64,000 nucleotides of DNA, taken from assembly GCA_965206695.1 (NCBI GenBank), contig CBDBKM010000007.1:1-64000 (forward strand), in the 5' to 3' direction. The notes beneath the pieces were generated by a model. The model saw only the letters and a program-made list of their open reading frames with translations, did not search any database and had not been told where the DNA came from. Below are positions 31,369-42,293 of the stretch, in pieces. Within the stretch, counting starts at the first letter, position 1; the number at the start of each line of letters is the position of its first letter. A program made the position numbers and the translations under genes. The DNA is from Chlamydiales bacterium (GTDB taxonomy: Bacteria; Chlamydiota; Chlamydiia; Chlamydiales; JAAZZY01).

Positions 31369-32323
31369 TATAAAAGTTTAAATACCATTCCACAAATTTT
31401 GAGAGCCCGGTATCTAATGAAGTGGTAGGCTGAAATCCCAAAAGCTTTTGACTATGAGTGATATCTGCATAGGTTGATACGATATCGCCTGCCTGCATAT
31501 CCTTCAATTCTTTTTTAGCAGTTTTCTTAAGCTTTTCTTCTAAAAGACCGATAAATTTCTCTAAGGACTCAGGTCGATTATTTCCTAAGTTAAAAATATC
31601 AAAAGGTAGAGATAGATCTAATGCAGCAATGGTTCCATTAATAGCATCATCAATATAAGTAAAATCTCTTTCCATTTTGCCCTGATTGAAGACAGCGATG
31701 GGGCTATTTTCTGAAATAGCTTTAGTGAAAGAAAAATAAGCCATATCAGGTCTTCCCCATGGGCCATAAACAGTGAAAAATCTAAGCCCGGTCATGGGGA
31801 TCTTAAATAAATGATGGTAGGCAAAAGCGATGACTTCATTCGATTTTTTCGTGGCACCATAGAGATTGGTAGGTTGATCTGTTTTGTCTTCAACCCCAAA
31901 GGGTTTTTTTGCATTTACTCCATAAACGGATGAGGAAGAAGCATAAATTAATGGAATATGGGGTTGATGGCGTAATATTTCTAAAAGATTGATAAAACCC
32001 ACAATATTAGATTGAATATACTGATTTACATTAGTCAATGAATATCGAACACCTGCCTGTGCGGCTAAATTAACAACATGTGTAGGTTGAGTCTTTTCAA
32101 TAGCGTTTTTTAATGTATCAGAATCAGCCAGATCGCCTTCAATCATTTCAATGCCGTTATCTACCAATATTTTTCCCCTGTCTCGTTTGAGAGTAGGATC
32201 ATAATAAGCATTGAAATTATCAAAACCGATTACTCTATCGTCTCTTGATAGAAGTTTATTAGCTAAATGAAACCCGATAAACCCGGCGGCTCCGGTTATA
32301 AAAACAGCTTTTTTCTTGCTCAC
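31352..32323 (-). CDS. UDP-glucuronate 4-epimerase (extended SDR)
   Basis: GAAGFIG, LAAQAGVRYS, YGATK, RFFTVYGPWGRPDMA. Confidence 0.9.
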   Translation of the reverse strand: MSKKKAVFITGAAGFIGFHLANKLLSRDDRVIGFDNFNAYYDPTLKRDRGKILVDNGIEMIEGDLADSDTLKNAIEKTQPTHVVNLAAQAGVRYSLTNVNQYIQSNIVGFINLLEILRHQPHIPLIYASSSSVYGVNAKKPFGVEDKTDQPTNLYGATKKSNEVIAFAYHHLFKIPMTGLRFFTVYGPWGRPDMAYFSFTKAISENSPIAVFNQGKMERDFTYIDDAINGTIAALDLSLPFDIFNLGNNRPESLEKFIGLLEEKLKKTAKKELKDMQAGDIVSTYADITHSQKLLGFQPTTSLDTGLSKFVEWYLNFYTKSSK

Positions 32324-32336
32324 TAAAATATTCCTT

Positions 32337-33494
32337 TTACTGCCAGATTTTTTTCCCTTTAAGGGTTTGTTGAATTAATTTTTTGTACGATTCAAAACGT
32401 AAGCCAGAAAGAGTTTTCTCCTCAACTGCTTTGGTTACAGCGCAATTGGGTTCTTTTAAGTGCAAGCAATTGGCGTACTTACAAGAGCGTCCTATTTTAT
32501 GTATATCTGTAAAAAAAGATTCCAGTTCTTGAACCGAAATAGCTCCCAAAACAAAGCTTTCTATTCCGGGAGTATCGATACACCACCCACCATCATCTAA
32601 ACGAATTAGCTGAGCCGAAGTAGTTGTATGGGACCCTTTCCCTCGTTTCTTTGTAACGGCGCCAACCGGTAGATTCGAATGTGTTAAAACATTAATTAAA
32701 GAAGATTTACCGACTCCGGATTGACCGGAGAACACAGAGGTTTTGTTATGCATAGACTCTTTTAAATCATTAAGACCTGTTTCATTTAAGACACTAACGG
32801 TTAAGATAACAATATCAAGGCTAGAATAAATATCTATAACCTGCTGTAATGTGTCTTTATCAGGTGTAGACAGAGCTTTTTGCTTCCCCTTTCCTAATAG
32901 ATCGATTTTATTAATGATTAGAATTGGGGTCATATTGCCTTTTTTTGCTGCAATAATATAGCGATCAATAACAGATGTTTGTAGGGGCGGGTCGGCAACG
33001 GATACCGTAATTAAAACCCGGTCAATGTTGGTTGCAAGAATTTGTTCTTTATGACGAGAAAAAGAATTGGGCCGCGATAAAATGGATTTTCTTTTTTCAA
33101 CATGAGCAATAGTTCCGCTGAATTGTTTGGGATCCTCTATCTTAAACTTAACAAGATCTCCAACAGCCAGTAAATTGTGATTTTTTGTCACTTCCTTTTT
33201 CAAAGAGCCTCTTAGAGTACAAATAAAAATTTGTTCAACACTTTCTACTTTAATAGCATCGGGTGCGATAGAAATGACCCTGCCTAATTGTAAAGTTTTT
33301 TTTTGAATCTTTATTTCATCTTGCTGTTTCCTTTTCAGTAGGATTTGTTTTTGATCTGTTTTTTTAAAACGAGAACGATCGGTAGAAGAGGCAATTTTTT
33401 TATTTTGCTTATCTTCTTTACGCTTATTTTTGATGTAATATGATTCTTCATCAGCTGTATCGATCGAATCTTTATGATTTATCTTATTTTTCAT
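32337..33494 (-). CDS. rsgA: Ribosome small subunit-dependent GTPase A
   Basis: Permuted GTPase NKID...GQSGVGKSS...HTTT...DTPG; Zn motif C-x4-C-x-H-x5-C. Confidence 0.95.
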   Translation of the reverse strand: MKNKINHKDSIDTADEESYYIKNKRKEDKQNKKIASSTDRSRFKKTDQKQILLKRKQQDEIKIQKKTLQLGRVISIAPDAIKVESVEQIFICTLRGSLKKEVTKNHNLLAVGDLVKFKIEDPKQFSGTIAHVEKRKSILSRPNSFSRHKEQILATNIDRVLITVSVADPPLQTSVIDRYIIAAKKGNMTPILIINKIDLLGKGKQKALSTPDKDTLQQVIDIYSSLDIVILTVSVLNETGLNDLKESMHNKTSVFSGQSGVGKSSLINVLTHSNLPVGAVTKKRGKGSHTTTSAQLIRLDDGGWCIDTPGIESFVLGAISVQELESFFTDIHKIGRSCKYANCLHLKEPNCAVTKAVEEKTLSGLRFESYKKLIQQTLKGKKIWQ

Positions 33495-34236
33495 GATTCT
33501 TCAGTTCATGCATCAAAATACTTCCGGCAACACCCACATTAAGGGACTCCATATTATTCTTCATAGGGATACTTACTGCTGTACTTATTTTGATAGCTTG
33601 ATCAGAGGCCCCTTTAGCTTCATTACCTACGACTAGCAAAATAGATTTTTTTAGAGGTATGGAATTAATACCGGCTCCTTTAACATCAGCTAGAATCGGT
33701 TGTAGTTGATTTAATTCAATGAGATTCATGAGTTCCTCCCAAGATCCTTTTCTAATAGGAAGCTGAAAAGTGGCTCCTTTGGCCGCTCTTAGAGCCTTGT
33801 CATTAAAAGGATCAACAGAGTCATTTAAGATAAAGGCTCCATCCCATCCAAGGGCTAAAGCAGAACGTAATAACGTTCCCATATTTCCGGGATCGGAGAC
33901 ATTGTCAAAAGCAATAATTTTATTTAAACCGAATAGAGATTGATTAACGGGCCTAAATACTTCGGCTAAGATCTTTGGAGGGGAGACAGTTGCTGAGATC
34001 TTTTTCATCACATCAGGTGTAACGTAACAGGATTGTTCCGGAGATAAACAAGCCGGTATTTCAGTATTTTCTAATACTAAGAGTGTCTTGATTCTAAGCA
34101 CTGAAGATAACTCATCGAAAATATGAGGACCTTCAACGATCACAGTATTACATAGCTTACGGTAATCGCTCTTGTCACGAACTTTGACAAGATGTTTCAC
34201 TAAATCATTGGTTAAACGGGATACTAAAATAGTCAT
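33484..34236 (-). CDS. TrmH/SpoU-family RNA methyltransferase
   Basis: DPGNMGTLLRSA, GNEAKG, ESLNVGVA. Confidence 0.9.
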   Translation of the reverse strand: MTILVSRLTNDLVKHLVKVRDKSDYRKLCNTVIVEGPHIFDELSSVLRIKTLLVLENTEIPACLSPEQSCYVTPDVMKKISATVSPPKILAEVFRPVNQSLFGLNKIIAFDNVSDPGNMGTLLRSALALGWDGAFILNDSVDPFNDKALRAAKGATFQLPIRKGSWEELMNLIELNQLQPILADVKGAGINSIPLKKSILLVVGNEAKGASDQAIKISTAVSIPMKNNMESLNVGVAGSILMHELKNHEK

Positions 34237-34657
34237 ACGCTTTTGATAATAAATTATATAAAAAGGAGTATATCATACCTTGATTAAAAGAGAATACTTC
34301 AATTTCTATTTAAATAAGATGTTAATATCTTAAATATTACGGATCTATAAATTTTTATTTTAAATCAAGAAATCCATTAAATTGTTGATTATAAGTTGTT
34401 TGAGCGGTTTGTAAATCAAAATTATCACTGTTCACTACATAATGAACAATATGCCGGAGCGAACAGTATGAATGGCCAATTCCCGATGGGTTCAAATTAA
34501 TACACGTTAGAAAGAAATATCTATGCTGATAAATCATCTATTACTCTTGATTGGATTTTGAGAGAAGGGATTAGCAAAGAACAATATTCATTAAGAGAAA
34601 TAGCAGCATTTCGAAATGTAAGTGTGGGTTTACTCCGGAAGGTTTTTAGTGCATTAG

Positions 34658-35724
34658 TAGACTTGTTGCGATTTAAATTTTTAGTGGTTTCTGATAAGTT
34701 TTTCAGAGCAATATCGAAGCGAGCAGATGATTATAGTCATTTAATTTTATATTGATAAGATTGCTTGATCAATGGCGAATTTAAAATTCGTAACTTTTCG
34801 TAATATCTCTCTAACTTTATTTTTCATATTAGCCCAATATTTTTCTATAGGATTTAAGTCCGGAGAATATGGAGGAAGAAACATAAGCTTACAACCGGCA
34901 GATTCTACTGTTTTCCTGCTTTCCGCTGATTTGTGAAAACCGGCATTGTCAAGAATAAGAACACTACCGGGTGTAAGCTGAGGAGTCAAAACTTCCTTAA
35001 GCCAAATATTGAATAACCCGGTATTACAAGTACCTTCAAAACACATTGGAGATAAAAACTGCCCTTTAGATAGGGCTGAAATAATATTTTGCCTTATAAA
35101 GCGGTTTCCTGAAACCGCTCCAAAAACTTTTTTGCCGCGTAAGCTTCTTCCGGACTCACGAAATAAAAATTGATGAATCCCGGTTTCATCGAGATAAATT
35201 CTCTTGTCAAAGGGAATATTTTTTAAATCTTTCATAAAAGCTTCCCGTTTCTTTTCATCTCTTTCCTTATAGCGAGTAGTTTTTTTTTTCGTGTAATTTT
35301 TAATCTTTTAAGGGCATAAAAAATCGTTTGCGGAGTGACTGAAAAATAATCAGCAATTTCCGATAAAAAATAATCCGGATGTTTTTCTACATATTTAGAT
35401 AACAACTCATTATCTAATTTCTTATAAGCATATTTTCTGCGGATTGGCTTTAAATGTCCTTTTTGCTTTTTTTGCAAGATCCATCGATATATTGTTGCGA
35501 TACCTACTTGAAAAATATGGCCGGCTGTTTTTTTATCATGATGTTTTTCTATATGTTGTAATACTTTCTCTCGAAGATCTACTGAATAGGCTCTAGGCAT
35601 TGTTTTGTCCTTACTGTTTGTATAAAAAAAGAAGGATAACATATTATCAAATAAAAATTAAAATACTATAAAGGACTTTTAAAACGAGTGAAACTGATAC
35701 AACTTTTATTACGCAACAAGTCTA
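34658..35724. mobile_element. ~130-bp MITE (TIR TAGACTTGTTGCG) carrying an inserted IS630
   Basis: Perfect 13-bp inverted ends at 34658-34670 and 35712-35724; related ends near 5245 and 59530. Confidence 0.7.
34732..35670 (-). mobile_element. IS630 type D (orfA 35232-35642, orfB 34747-35235, A10 slippery tract)
   Basis: 939 bp, near-identical to 42617-43555; YLDETG, LDNAGFH, LPPYSPDLNPIE. Confidence 0.95.
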
Positions 35725-35955
35725 TTGTTTAGAAGTGCTTAAACTGATTCAGAATCAAGGTGTTAATTCCCAAGTAGTCGTTATGGATGCATGGTATTCC
35801 GGTTTTAAAAATTTAAAGTCTATCAAAGATATGGGGGTTAAATTGTGTCACCGGTTTGCGTAAAAATAGAAAAGTTAATCGCAATGTAAGTTCGGAAGAT
35901 TTGGATATTCCGTATGAACAACTAAGCATTCACTTACGCGGTTATGGGTATGTGT
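35725..35955 (+). pseudogene. IS701-family transposase internal fragment
   Basis: VVVMDAWYSGFKNLKSI..GLRKNRKVN..IHLRGYG. Confidence 0.65.
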
Positions 35956-36050
35956 TAACACTTACCCGCGAAATCTCCGGTAAAGTCTGATTACTAGAGA
36001 TCGTACTCATCGAAGGAACAGTTGTATTATTAATTAAAAGTGTAATAAGC

Positions 36051-36130
36051 ATATAAAGTTTTCAAAGGTGTGTGAATGAGGATTAGCTTTATATAAAGTT
36101 TTCAAAGGTGTGTGAATGAGGATTAGCTTT
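36051..36130. repeat. Perfect 40-bp tandem duplication
   Basis: ATATAAAGTTTTCAAAGGTGTGTGAATGAGGATTAGCTTT twice; includes the stop codon of the nucleotidyltransferase gene. Confidence 0.95.
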
Positions 36131-37355
36131 TTGGCCACATTTTGGATTGCTTAAGAAGTTTAAGTACCTCATCTGAAGAATTAAGATTTTTTTCGATCGA
36201 GAGGTTTTCCGCTTCTTTCAGAAGAAGGCCTATTTCTTTACCGGGCTTAATACCATTGGCAGTTAAATCCGATGACGAGACTAAAGGAGTCTGATTTTTT
36301 ATTCTCTCAATAGGAAATTTAAGCCTTTCTTGTCTTTTGTAATGGCTCTCTAAAAATTTTTTTTGCTTTGAAGGATCTAATCGAGCTTTAATGAAATTAA
36401 GGCATAACAGATTGGAGGGATGGGCATATAGATGGGCCCACGTAGTTAGTGAGGTTTTTTTAGCTGTTTGGCAATGACGACGAAGGGTATGACTGTATAC
36501 TGCTAATTTTCGATCGTCATTATTTGTCTTCAGATAGAGACATAGAGGTTCAACCTCTTTGTCTTCAATCTTATGAAGAATTTCTAAGATATATAAAATA
36601 GCAGGACATTTGCTTGGAAAAAATTGAAAAGCAGATACTCTTTTCTTTATTTCTTTATCTGAGATTTTTTTTAAAGAATCAAAAATTTCAGGAAGGAGCT
36701 TTAAATGCTGTAAAGCAATAAAGGCTTTATCGCTATTTGGATAGGTGATAATTTTATTAAATTCTTGCCATATCCTTTCCATACTCACTGCCGGTAATAG
36801 CTTAGAAGCTGTTGCTTTGATAGCCTCCTTTGTCTTTTCTTCTATTTCAAAATTAAAACGAGCAGAAAAGCGAACTGCCCGTATCATTCTAAGTCGGTCT
36901 TCTTCAAAACGCTCATAAGGGTTTCCAATGGCACGAATGACCTTTTGTTTGATGTCTTTTTCTCCATTGATAAAATCAAAAATTTCTTTTTCTATAGGGT
37001 TATAAAATAAACCGTTAATCGTAAAATCGCGTCTCATAGCATCTTCTTCTGCAGTGGTATAGTGAATGCTATCGGGTTTTCTACCGTCAGAGTAAGTGAC
37101 ATCTTTTCGAAAGGTAGTCACCTCGAAGGAATGATTATCTAAAATTATAATTGTTACACCAAATTGTTTTCCTACTTCAATAGTCCTATCAAATAGTTGT
37201 ATGACGGTTTCAGGGGTGGCACTAGTAGCAATATCAATATCATCGGAGGGGATTCCTATTAGAAAATCTCTTACCCAGCCACCGGCGAAATAGGCAGTAT
37301 AACCTTTATCTCGTAATATTTTACAAATGGAAGTTGCTAGATATTCACTATTCAT
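36123..37355 (-). CDS. CCA-adding tRNA nucleotidyltransferase (class II)
   Basis: GGWVRD, DIDIAT, EVTTFR, RRDFTING, EDRLRMIRAVRF; likely start ATG 37355. Confidence 0.88.
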   Translation of the reverse strand: MNSEYLATSICKILRDKGYTAYFAGGWVRDFLIGIPSDDIDIATSATPETVIQLFDRTIEVGKQFGVTIIILDNHSFEVTTFRKDVTYSDGRKPDSIHYTTAEEDAMRRDFTINGLFYNPIEKEIFDFINGEKDIKQKVIRAIGNPYERFEEDRLRMIRAVRFSARFNFEIEEKTKEAIKATASKLLPAVSMERIWQEFNKIITYPNSDKAFIALQHLKLLPEIFDSLKKISDKEIKKRVSAFQFFPSKCPAILYILEILHKIEDKEVEPLCLYLKTNNDDRKLAVYSHTLRRHCQTAKKTSLTTWAHLYAHPSNLLCLNFIKARLDPSKQKKFLESHYKRQERLKFPIERIKNQTPLVSSSDLTANGIKPGKEIGLLLKEAENLSIEKNLNSSDEVLKLLKQSKMWPKS

Positions 37356-37356
37356 T

Positions 37357-38331
37357 TCAGACGGAGAGGTAGAGTTTTTTTTTAAATTTGATACAAAATA
37401 TTTGGCATTTTTCAAAAGAGGTTGTGTAATCTTCTCCATCTACTTGAATAGGTATGGTCGTATCGAATTTTAATTCCAGCGGAGGAGAGTAAGTATAACT
37501 TTTGAGTTTGAAATTTGCCCAAATAAATCGATTGAGAATTAACTTAGCAAAATCCTTTTTTGTAGAGTTATAAGAAAATTCCAGTTTTCCATCATTAATG
37601 GAGGAGTCAACTTTAAAAGGGCTCCCTCCGGCATAAGAGTTTATATTATGGATGATAATGCTCGTAAAGCTCTTTTGTTTATCCGGAGTTAAAAGGGCAG
37701 GGCTTGCTTTTTGAATAGTTGGTTGAATATGGATTTTTTTTTTATAAAAGACAAAAGAGCATAGCCCAATTAGAAAAAATAATAACTTTTTTAGGTAACC
37801 TAAATGAAAGATAGAATATTTAAAAAGGGGAGTTTTTTTTATTTTTTTACAGAGAGCTTCATATAATCGAAGAATAAAAGCATCGAATCCAAAGGTGACA
37901 TAATTGATAAAAAAGATCTTGTCATTAACAGAAAAAAGATCGACTTCGATAATTTGAGGGTGATCAAAAAGCCTCCGCAATAAAAGGACAATATTTTTTT
38001 CATTCCCACCTAAATTTTTATAAAAATCATTCCCGGTACCGAGGGGAAAGATACTCAACATTTTGTTGTAATTAGATTTTCCCAGATAATTAATAAAATG
38101 ATGGATGGTTCCATCGCCTCCACAAATTAAAATGCCATCTGAACTTTCGATAATCGTTTTCAAATGTTCCGGATCTTCCGAGGATGAATATTCTAAATAA
38201 CGAATGCGTTTTTTGAATTCGGGCTCATTATCCACAAATTTCTGAATCTGTTTATAAATTTTTTTCCCTTTCCCTTGTCCGGAATCAGGATTAATCAGAA
38301 TCGATAGCGATAATAGGTTTTGCATGTACAA
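37357..38331 (-). CDS. Diacylglycerol kinase-family lipid kinase
   Basis: INPDSG, GGDGT, PLGTGNDF, GFDA, QVDGE. Confidence 0.85.
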   Translation of the reverse strand: MYMQNLLSLSILINPDSGQGKGKKIYKQIQKFVDNEPEFKKRIRYLEYSSSEDPEHLKTIIESSDGILICGGDGTIHHFINYLGKSNYNKMLSIFPLGTGNDFYKNLGGNEKNIVLLLRRLFDHPQIIEVDLFSVNDKIFFINYVTFGFDAFILRLYEALCKKIKKTPLFKYSIFHLGYLKKLLFFLIGLCSFVFYKKKIHIQPTIQKASPALLTPDKQKSFTSIIIHNINSYAGGSPFKVDSSINDGKLEFSYNSTKKDFAKLILNRFIWANFKLKSYTYSPPLELKFDTTIPIQVDGEDYTTSFEKCQIFCIKFKKKLYLSV

Positions 38332-38472
38332 GCTTAACTTTTCTGATACAATCTAACATTACAAAAATTGTATCATCTTTTCCTTTTATTGTCGAAGATT
38401 TTCGAATGACTTGTAGGGAATCGATTTTTGAGTTAAAGTGGACATTAGAAAATAGAAAAATGAGTTTTTCAA

Positions 38473-40347
38473 ATGTCTTCAAAAATTCGAATTCTTTGTG
38501 ATAAAACAATTAATCAGATCGCAGCCGGGGAAGTAATCGAAAACCCTTCTTCTGTAATTAAAGAGTTGGTAGAGAATTCCTTAGATGCAAAAGCTGCCCA
38601 AATTGATATTGCCATTACGAGTGGAGGTAGGAAGTTAATTCGCATAAGTGATAATGGCAAAGGCATGAACTATGATGATGCTCTGTTATGTTTTGAAAGA
38701 CATGCCACATCAAAGTTTGAAAAGTTAGACGATATGAGAGATTTGATGACAATGGGGTTTCGAGGAGAAGCGCTACCTTCTATTGCTTCTGTTGCTAAAA
38801 TGACATTGTTAACAAATTACAATCAAACAAGTGATGCAACAGAAGTATCAATATCCGGAGGTCGATTATTACATAGTAGTGTGGCTTCCAGAAGACAAGG
38901 GACTACGGTTGAAGTAAGAGATTTATTTTTTAATGTACCTGTAAGACGAGAATTTCAGAAATCGGTTTCTTATGATATTCATGAAACGCATAAATTGGTG
39001 ACTTCTTTAGCTTTAGCTAATCCGGATGTTAAATTCAGTTTGTTAAGTGATAATAAATTAATGATGTCTACATCTCCCCGGATCCAATGTTCATGGCATA
39101 ATAATTTAAAATTTCATATTCAAAAAATTTTTGGAAATCATTTTGTTTCATTATTATGCTCGGTTAATTTTAAAGAGGATGATATCGTTATTAAAGGCTT
39201 TATTGGCTTGCCAACTGCTCATCGATATAACCGCTCTCATCAATATCTCTTTCTCAATCATCGTTATGTTTCTTCTGCTGTGATTTCTTTTGCTGTCTCG
39301 GATGGTTATGGCACCAGATTAGCTAACCGGCGTTTTCCTATATATATTCTGCATGTAGAAATTCCTCCTCATACCGTAGATGTTAATGTGCACCCTCAGA
39401 AAAAGGAAATTCGCTTAAAGGAAGAAATACGTGTAAAAAGGATTATTGGCAAAGCTATAGATCTAGCTTTGCAAGGACTTTCTTCAATAGATCCTTTGGA
39501 TACGGTTTCGGTGGCTGTAGATTCTAATCTTTCGAGCTCTTTACCTTTTAAAAAAGAGGAGCCCTGGTCAGATGATAGATATCTGAGAGCGCCTCCGGTA
39601 AAGCCTAATTTTAAAGAGCCCGGCTATTCAAAACCTATAGAACAGATTAAGATTGAAACCAAATCCATGACAACTTATAGGAATAAAAAAACGATTTTTG
39701 AAGATGAAAATCTTATGTTGGATTTAGATTCGTGCCCGAGAATTTTAGGTGTGATTGAAGGTTATCTTTTAATTGATAGCCAAAGTGTTTATCATAAACT
39801 TAGGATACCCGGGCAAGAGGATCTTGCTAAAGGTATTTTATTGGTCGATCAATCAAGGGCTAAAGCAAGGATTCTATTTGAAAAGTTAATCGATGCTTTA
39901 GAAAAAGAGGCTAAGAGTTTGGAAGTACAAGCGCTTCTTTTACCTGTTACATTTGACTTTTCTTCTTTGGATAGTGAATTGATTTTACAATATTTAGAAG
40001 AATTTAATCGGATTGGTATTCAAATGCATAAGGTAGAAGAAAACCAATTTATTGTTGCAGCACTGCCTGCTCTTATCGAAACATCAGATGTTAAAAATCT
40101 TATCCTTCGAATATTAGAAGATCTAAAATTATTCGATATATCTAAGGGTTTAAGAGAAGAAAAACAAAAAAGATTAGCACTGGCCGCTTGCCAAGCCGCA
40201 GCTAGGCAATCAAAGGCGTTATCGAGTATGCATGCTGAGGCGTTGTTTCAGCAATTAATGAAATGTAAAAGTCCTTATCAATCGCCTACAGGTAAACCCA
40301 CTATTATTTATTTAAGCACAGATGAAATCACCAAAAAATTTAAATAG
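38473..40347 (+). CDS. mutL: DNA mismatch repair protein MutL
   Basis: IAAGEVIE, KELVENSLDA, GFRGEAL, DVNVHP. Confidence 0.97.
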   Translation: MSSKIRILCDKTINQIAAGEVIENPSSVIKELVENSLDAKAAQIDIAITSGGRKLIRISDNGKGMNYDDALLCFERHATSKFEKLDDMRDLMTMGFRGEALPSIASVAKMTLLTNYNQTSDATEVSISGGRLLHSSVASRRQGTTVEVRDLFFNVPVRREFQKSVSYDIHETHKLVTSLALANPDVKFSLLSDNKLMMSTSPRIQCSWHNNLKFHIQKIFGNHFVSLLCSVNFKEDDIVIKGFIGLPTAHRYNRSHQYLFLNHRYVSSAVISFAVSDGYGTRLANRRFPIYILHVEIPPHTVDVNVHPQKKEIRLKEEIRVKRIIGKAIDLALQGLSSIDPLDTVSVAVDSNLSSSLPFKKEEPWSDDRYLRAPPVKPNFKEPGYSKPIEQIKIETKSMTTYRNKKTIFEDENLMLDLDSCPRILGVIEGYLLIDSQSVYHKLRIPGQEDLAKGILLVDQSRAKARILFEKLIDALEKEAKSLEVQALLLPVTFDFSSLDSELILQYLEEFNRIGIQMHKVEENQFIVAALPALIETSDVKNLILRILEDLKLFDISKGLREEKQKRLALAACQAAARQSKALSSMHAEALFQQLMKCKSPYQSPTGKPTIIYLSTDEITKKFK

Positions 40348-41386
40348 CCGTATCGATCGTTTGCGGGATTATCTTAGAGAGAAGAACCTGGATGTCTGTC
40401 TTATTAATGATTCTCTTAATCTTTTCTACTATACAGGATTATCCTTATCAACGGGCTATTTGTGGATAGATCAAAAGGAGATCCGTCTATTTGTTGATCC
40501 GCGATATGGAGAGACTTGTGAGCAACAGAAAGAGATTCCTGTCTTCGTTGTGCGTCAGTTTACCAAAGCTTTAAGGGACTTAGTCAATGCGAGAAAACTC
40601 TTTATCCTTTTCGACAGTAGTCTTGTGTCCTATTCAGATTATCAAAAATTAAAAGAAACTTTTTCCTCTGATGTGGCATTAATGGCTCACCCTTGTTTTT
40701 TACAGTATATGCGTCGTATAAAGGATACTCATGAGATCGAATTAATGAGGAAGAGCGCTTCTTTAGCTATTAAAGGATATGAGTATGCTAAATCTCTATT
40801 AAAAGAGGGTATTACTGAAAAGAATCTGGCGATGGAAATAGAGGTCTATCTTAGACAGCAGGGCGCAGATAAAATGGCTTTTGATTCAATCATTAGTTTT
40901 GGAGTAAATACTTCTAAGCCTCACTATACTCCACAAGAGATTCCATTAAAAATGGGTGAAATGGTACTTATTGATTTAGGTGTTAACAAAGATTACTACG
41001 CATCTGATTGTACTCGAATGCTATTTTTTGGTGATCCGAGGCCGGAACTGGCAAAGATTTATGAGATTGTAAAAAGTATCTTATCTGAAATAGAAGCTTT
41101 TATAAAACCTTCTGTTCTTATGAAAGAAGTGGATCAAAAAGTAAGAGACTTACTTCAGGAAGCCGGATATTTAGAGAATTTTATACATACATTAGGTCAT
41201 GGAGTGGGTCTGGATATTCATGAATTACCGAATTTTAGAAGCGATCAAGATCTTAAGTTACAGCCCGGAATGGTCTTAGCAATAGAGCCGGGCATTTACC
41301 TGCCTTCTATAGGTGGCGTACGTCTAGAAGACATTTTAGTTGTAACACAGAATGGATGTGAGATATTAACTCACTATCCTCTTTGA
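40322..41386 (+). CDS. pepP: Xaa-Pro aminopeptidase (M24)
   Basis: IDLG, YASDCTR, HTLGHGVGLDIHE, EPGIY, GVRLED. Confidence 0.92.
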   Translation: MKSPKNLNSRIDRLRDYLREKNLDVCLINDSLNLFYYTGLSLSTGYLWIDQKEIRLFVDPRYGETCEQQKEIPVFVVRQFTKALRDLVNARKLFILFDSSLVSYSDYQKLKETFSSDVALMAHPCFLQYMRRIKDTHEIELMRKSASLAIKGYEYAKSLLKEGITEKNLAMEIEVYLRQQGADKMAFDSIISFGVNTSKPHYTPQEIPLKMGEMVLIDLGVNKDYYASDCTRMLFFGDPRPELAKIYEIVKSILSEIEAFIKPSVLMKEVDQKVRDLLQEAGYLENFIHTLGHGVGLDIHELPNFRSDQDLKLQPGMVLAIEPGIYLPSIGGVRLEDILVVTQNGCEILTHYPL

Positions 41387-41730
41387 GGGGTTGTCACTGT
41401 TGTATTTTTAAATAACGGTTGTAATTCTTGGGAGAATTTAACTTCTGTAGTTAAATCTAAATCTTTCAAGGCATTAGTCAAAGCTGTTATCTCAGTTAGA
41501 AGAAGGCTTGCTTGAGCAGCTTTGTGAATAACACGAGTATCCCCGCAGCAACCGATTGTAAAGGAAGAAGAGGCAGTTTTATGAACACTCAGCGATCCAA
41601 ATTGGAAACCGTTATTACTGCTAACTCTTGCAACATATAATGCTGCTGCTTTTAGCTCTTCGTGATCCAAAGGTGTCTCACTTAAGCGAAGATCATTTGA
41701 ATCTGTAATAATTGAGGAAGATATATTCAT
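41374..41730 (-). CDS. Small hypothetical protein, Ser/Thr-rich N-terminus
   Basis: 118-aa ORF with AGGAG RBS; no recognisable motif. Confidence 0.6.
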   Translation of the reverse strand: MNISSSIITDSNDLRLSETPLDHEELKAAALYVARVSSNNGFQFGSLSVHKTASSSFTIGCCGDTRVIHKAAQASLLLTEITALTNALKDLDLTTEVKFSQELQPLFKNTTVTTPQRG

Positions 41731-41922
41731 TTCCGGACTCCTATTATATTAAGTATGTAAAGTACAGTTAGTTTATTATTTTACATTATTTATTATACGG
41801 AAAATTTATTATTTATCAAGTAAAGAATTTAATGTTCAAATAGAAGTGTAACGCTTAATTTACTTTATATTAGCTAGTTAGATTCTATATTAAAAAAGAA
41901 TTTAGTACGTTTTTTTCTATTA

Positions 41923-42293
41923 AAAGCGTGTTGCGATTCAGCTAAATTATTCAAGGATAGCTTAATGTGTATCAGCATTTTTTAAATAAGGAGAGTACGA
42001 TGCGGCAGGTAGAGATGATCAGTTTAGAAGATTTAATTCCCGAAACGCATAATTACCGTAAATGCGATCAAATTTGGTCTTTTAAATCTGTAGAAAAAAG
42101 GCTGAAAACATTGGGAAAAAATAACCCTAATAAAGGACACGGGCTTCTTCGATTATTTAAATGCTTACTTCTTCAGTTCATGGAAAATTTAAGCAACCGA
42201 GAGCCGGAGCGCTATATTCAAGAAAATAATGTGGCATAAGTGGTTTTGTCGCTTTAATTTGAGAGAGAATATTCCTGATCATACCATTTTTTA
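41923..42293 (+). mobile_element. IS5/IS1182-like element 5' remnant
   Basis: MRQVEMISLEDLIP..LFKCLLLQFMENLSNRE..WFC.F...IPDHT; the same 5' end recurs inverted at ~55600-55685. Confidence 0.75.

Noticed and set aside
34355..34755. Two short ORFs upstream of the TrmH gene
   Set aside because: No recognisable motif; partly made of MITE/IS ends
36051..36130. CRISPR array
   Set aside because: Two abutting repeats with no spacer and no cas genes
36123..37439. Poly(A) polymerase call and the long start at 37439
   Set aside because: VGKQFG fits the CCA-type enzymes rather than the PAP signature; the long start overlaps the upstream gene
38740..38750. Match of the copy-1 guide start (GATTTGATGA) within mutL
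   Set aside because: Only ~10 nt, expected by chance in AT-rich DNA
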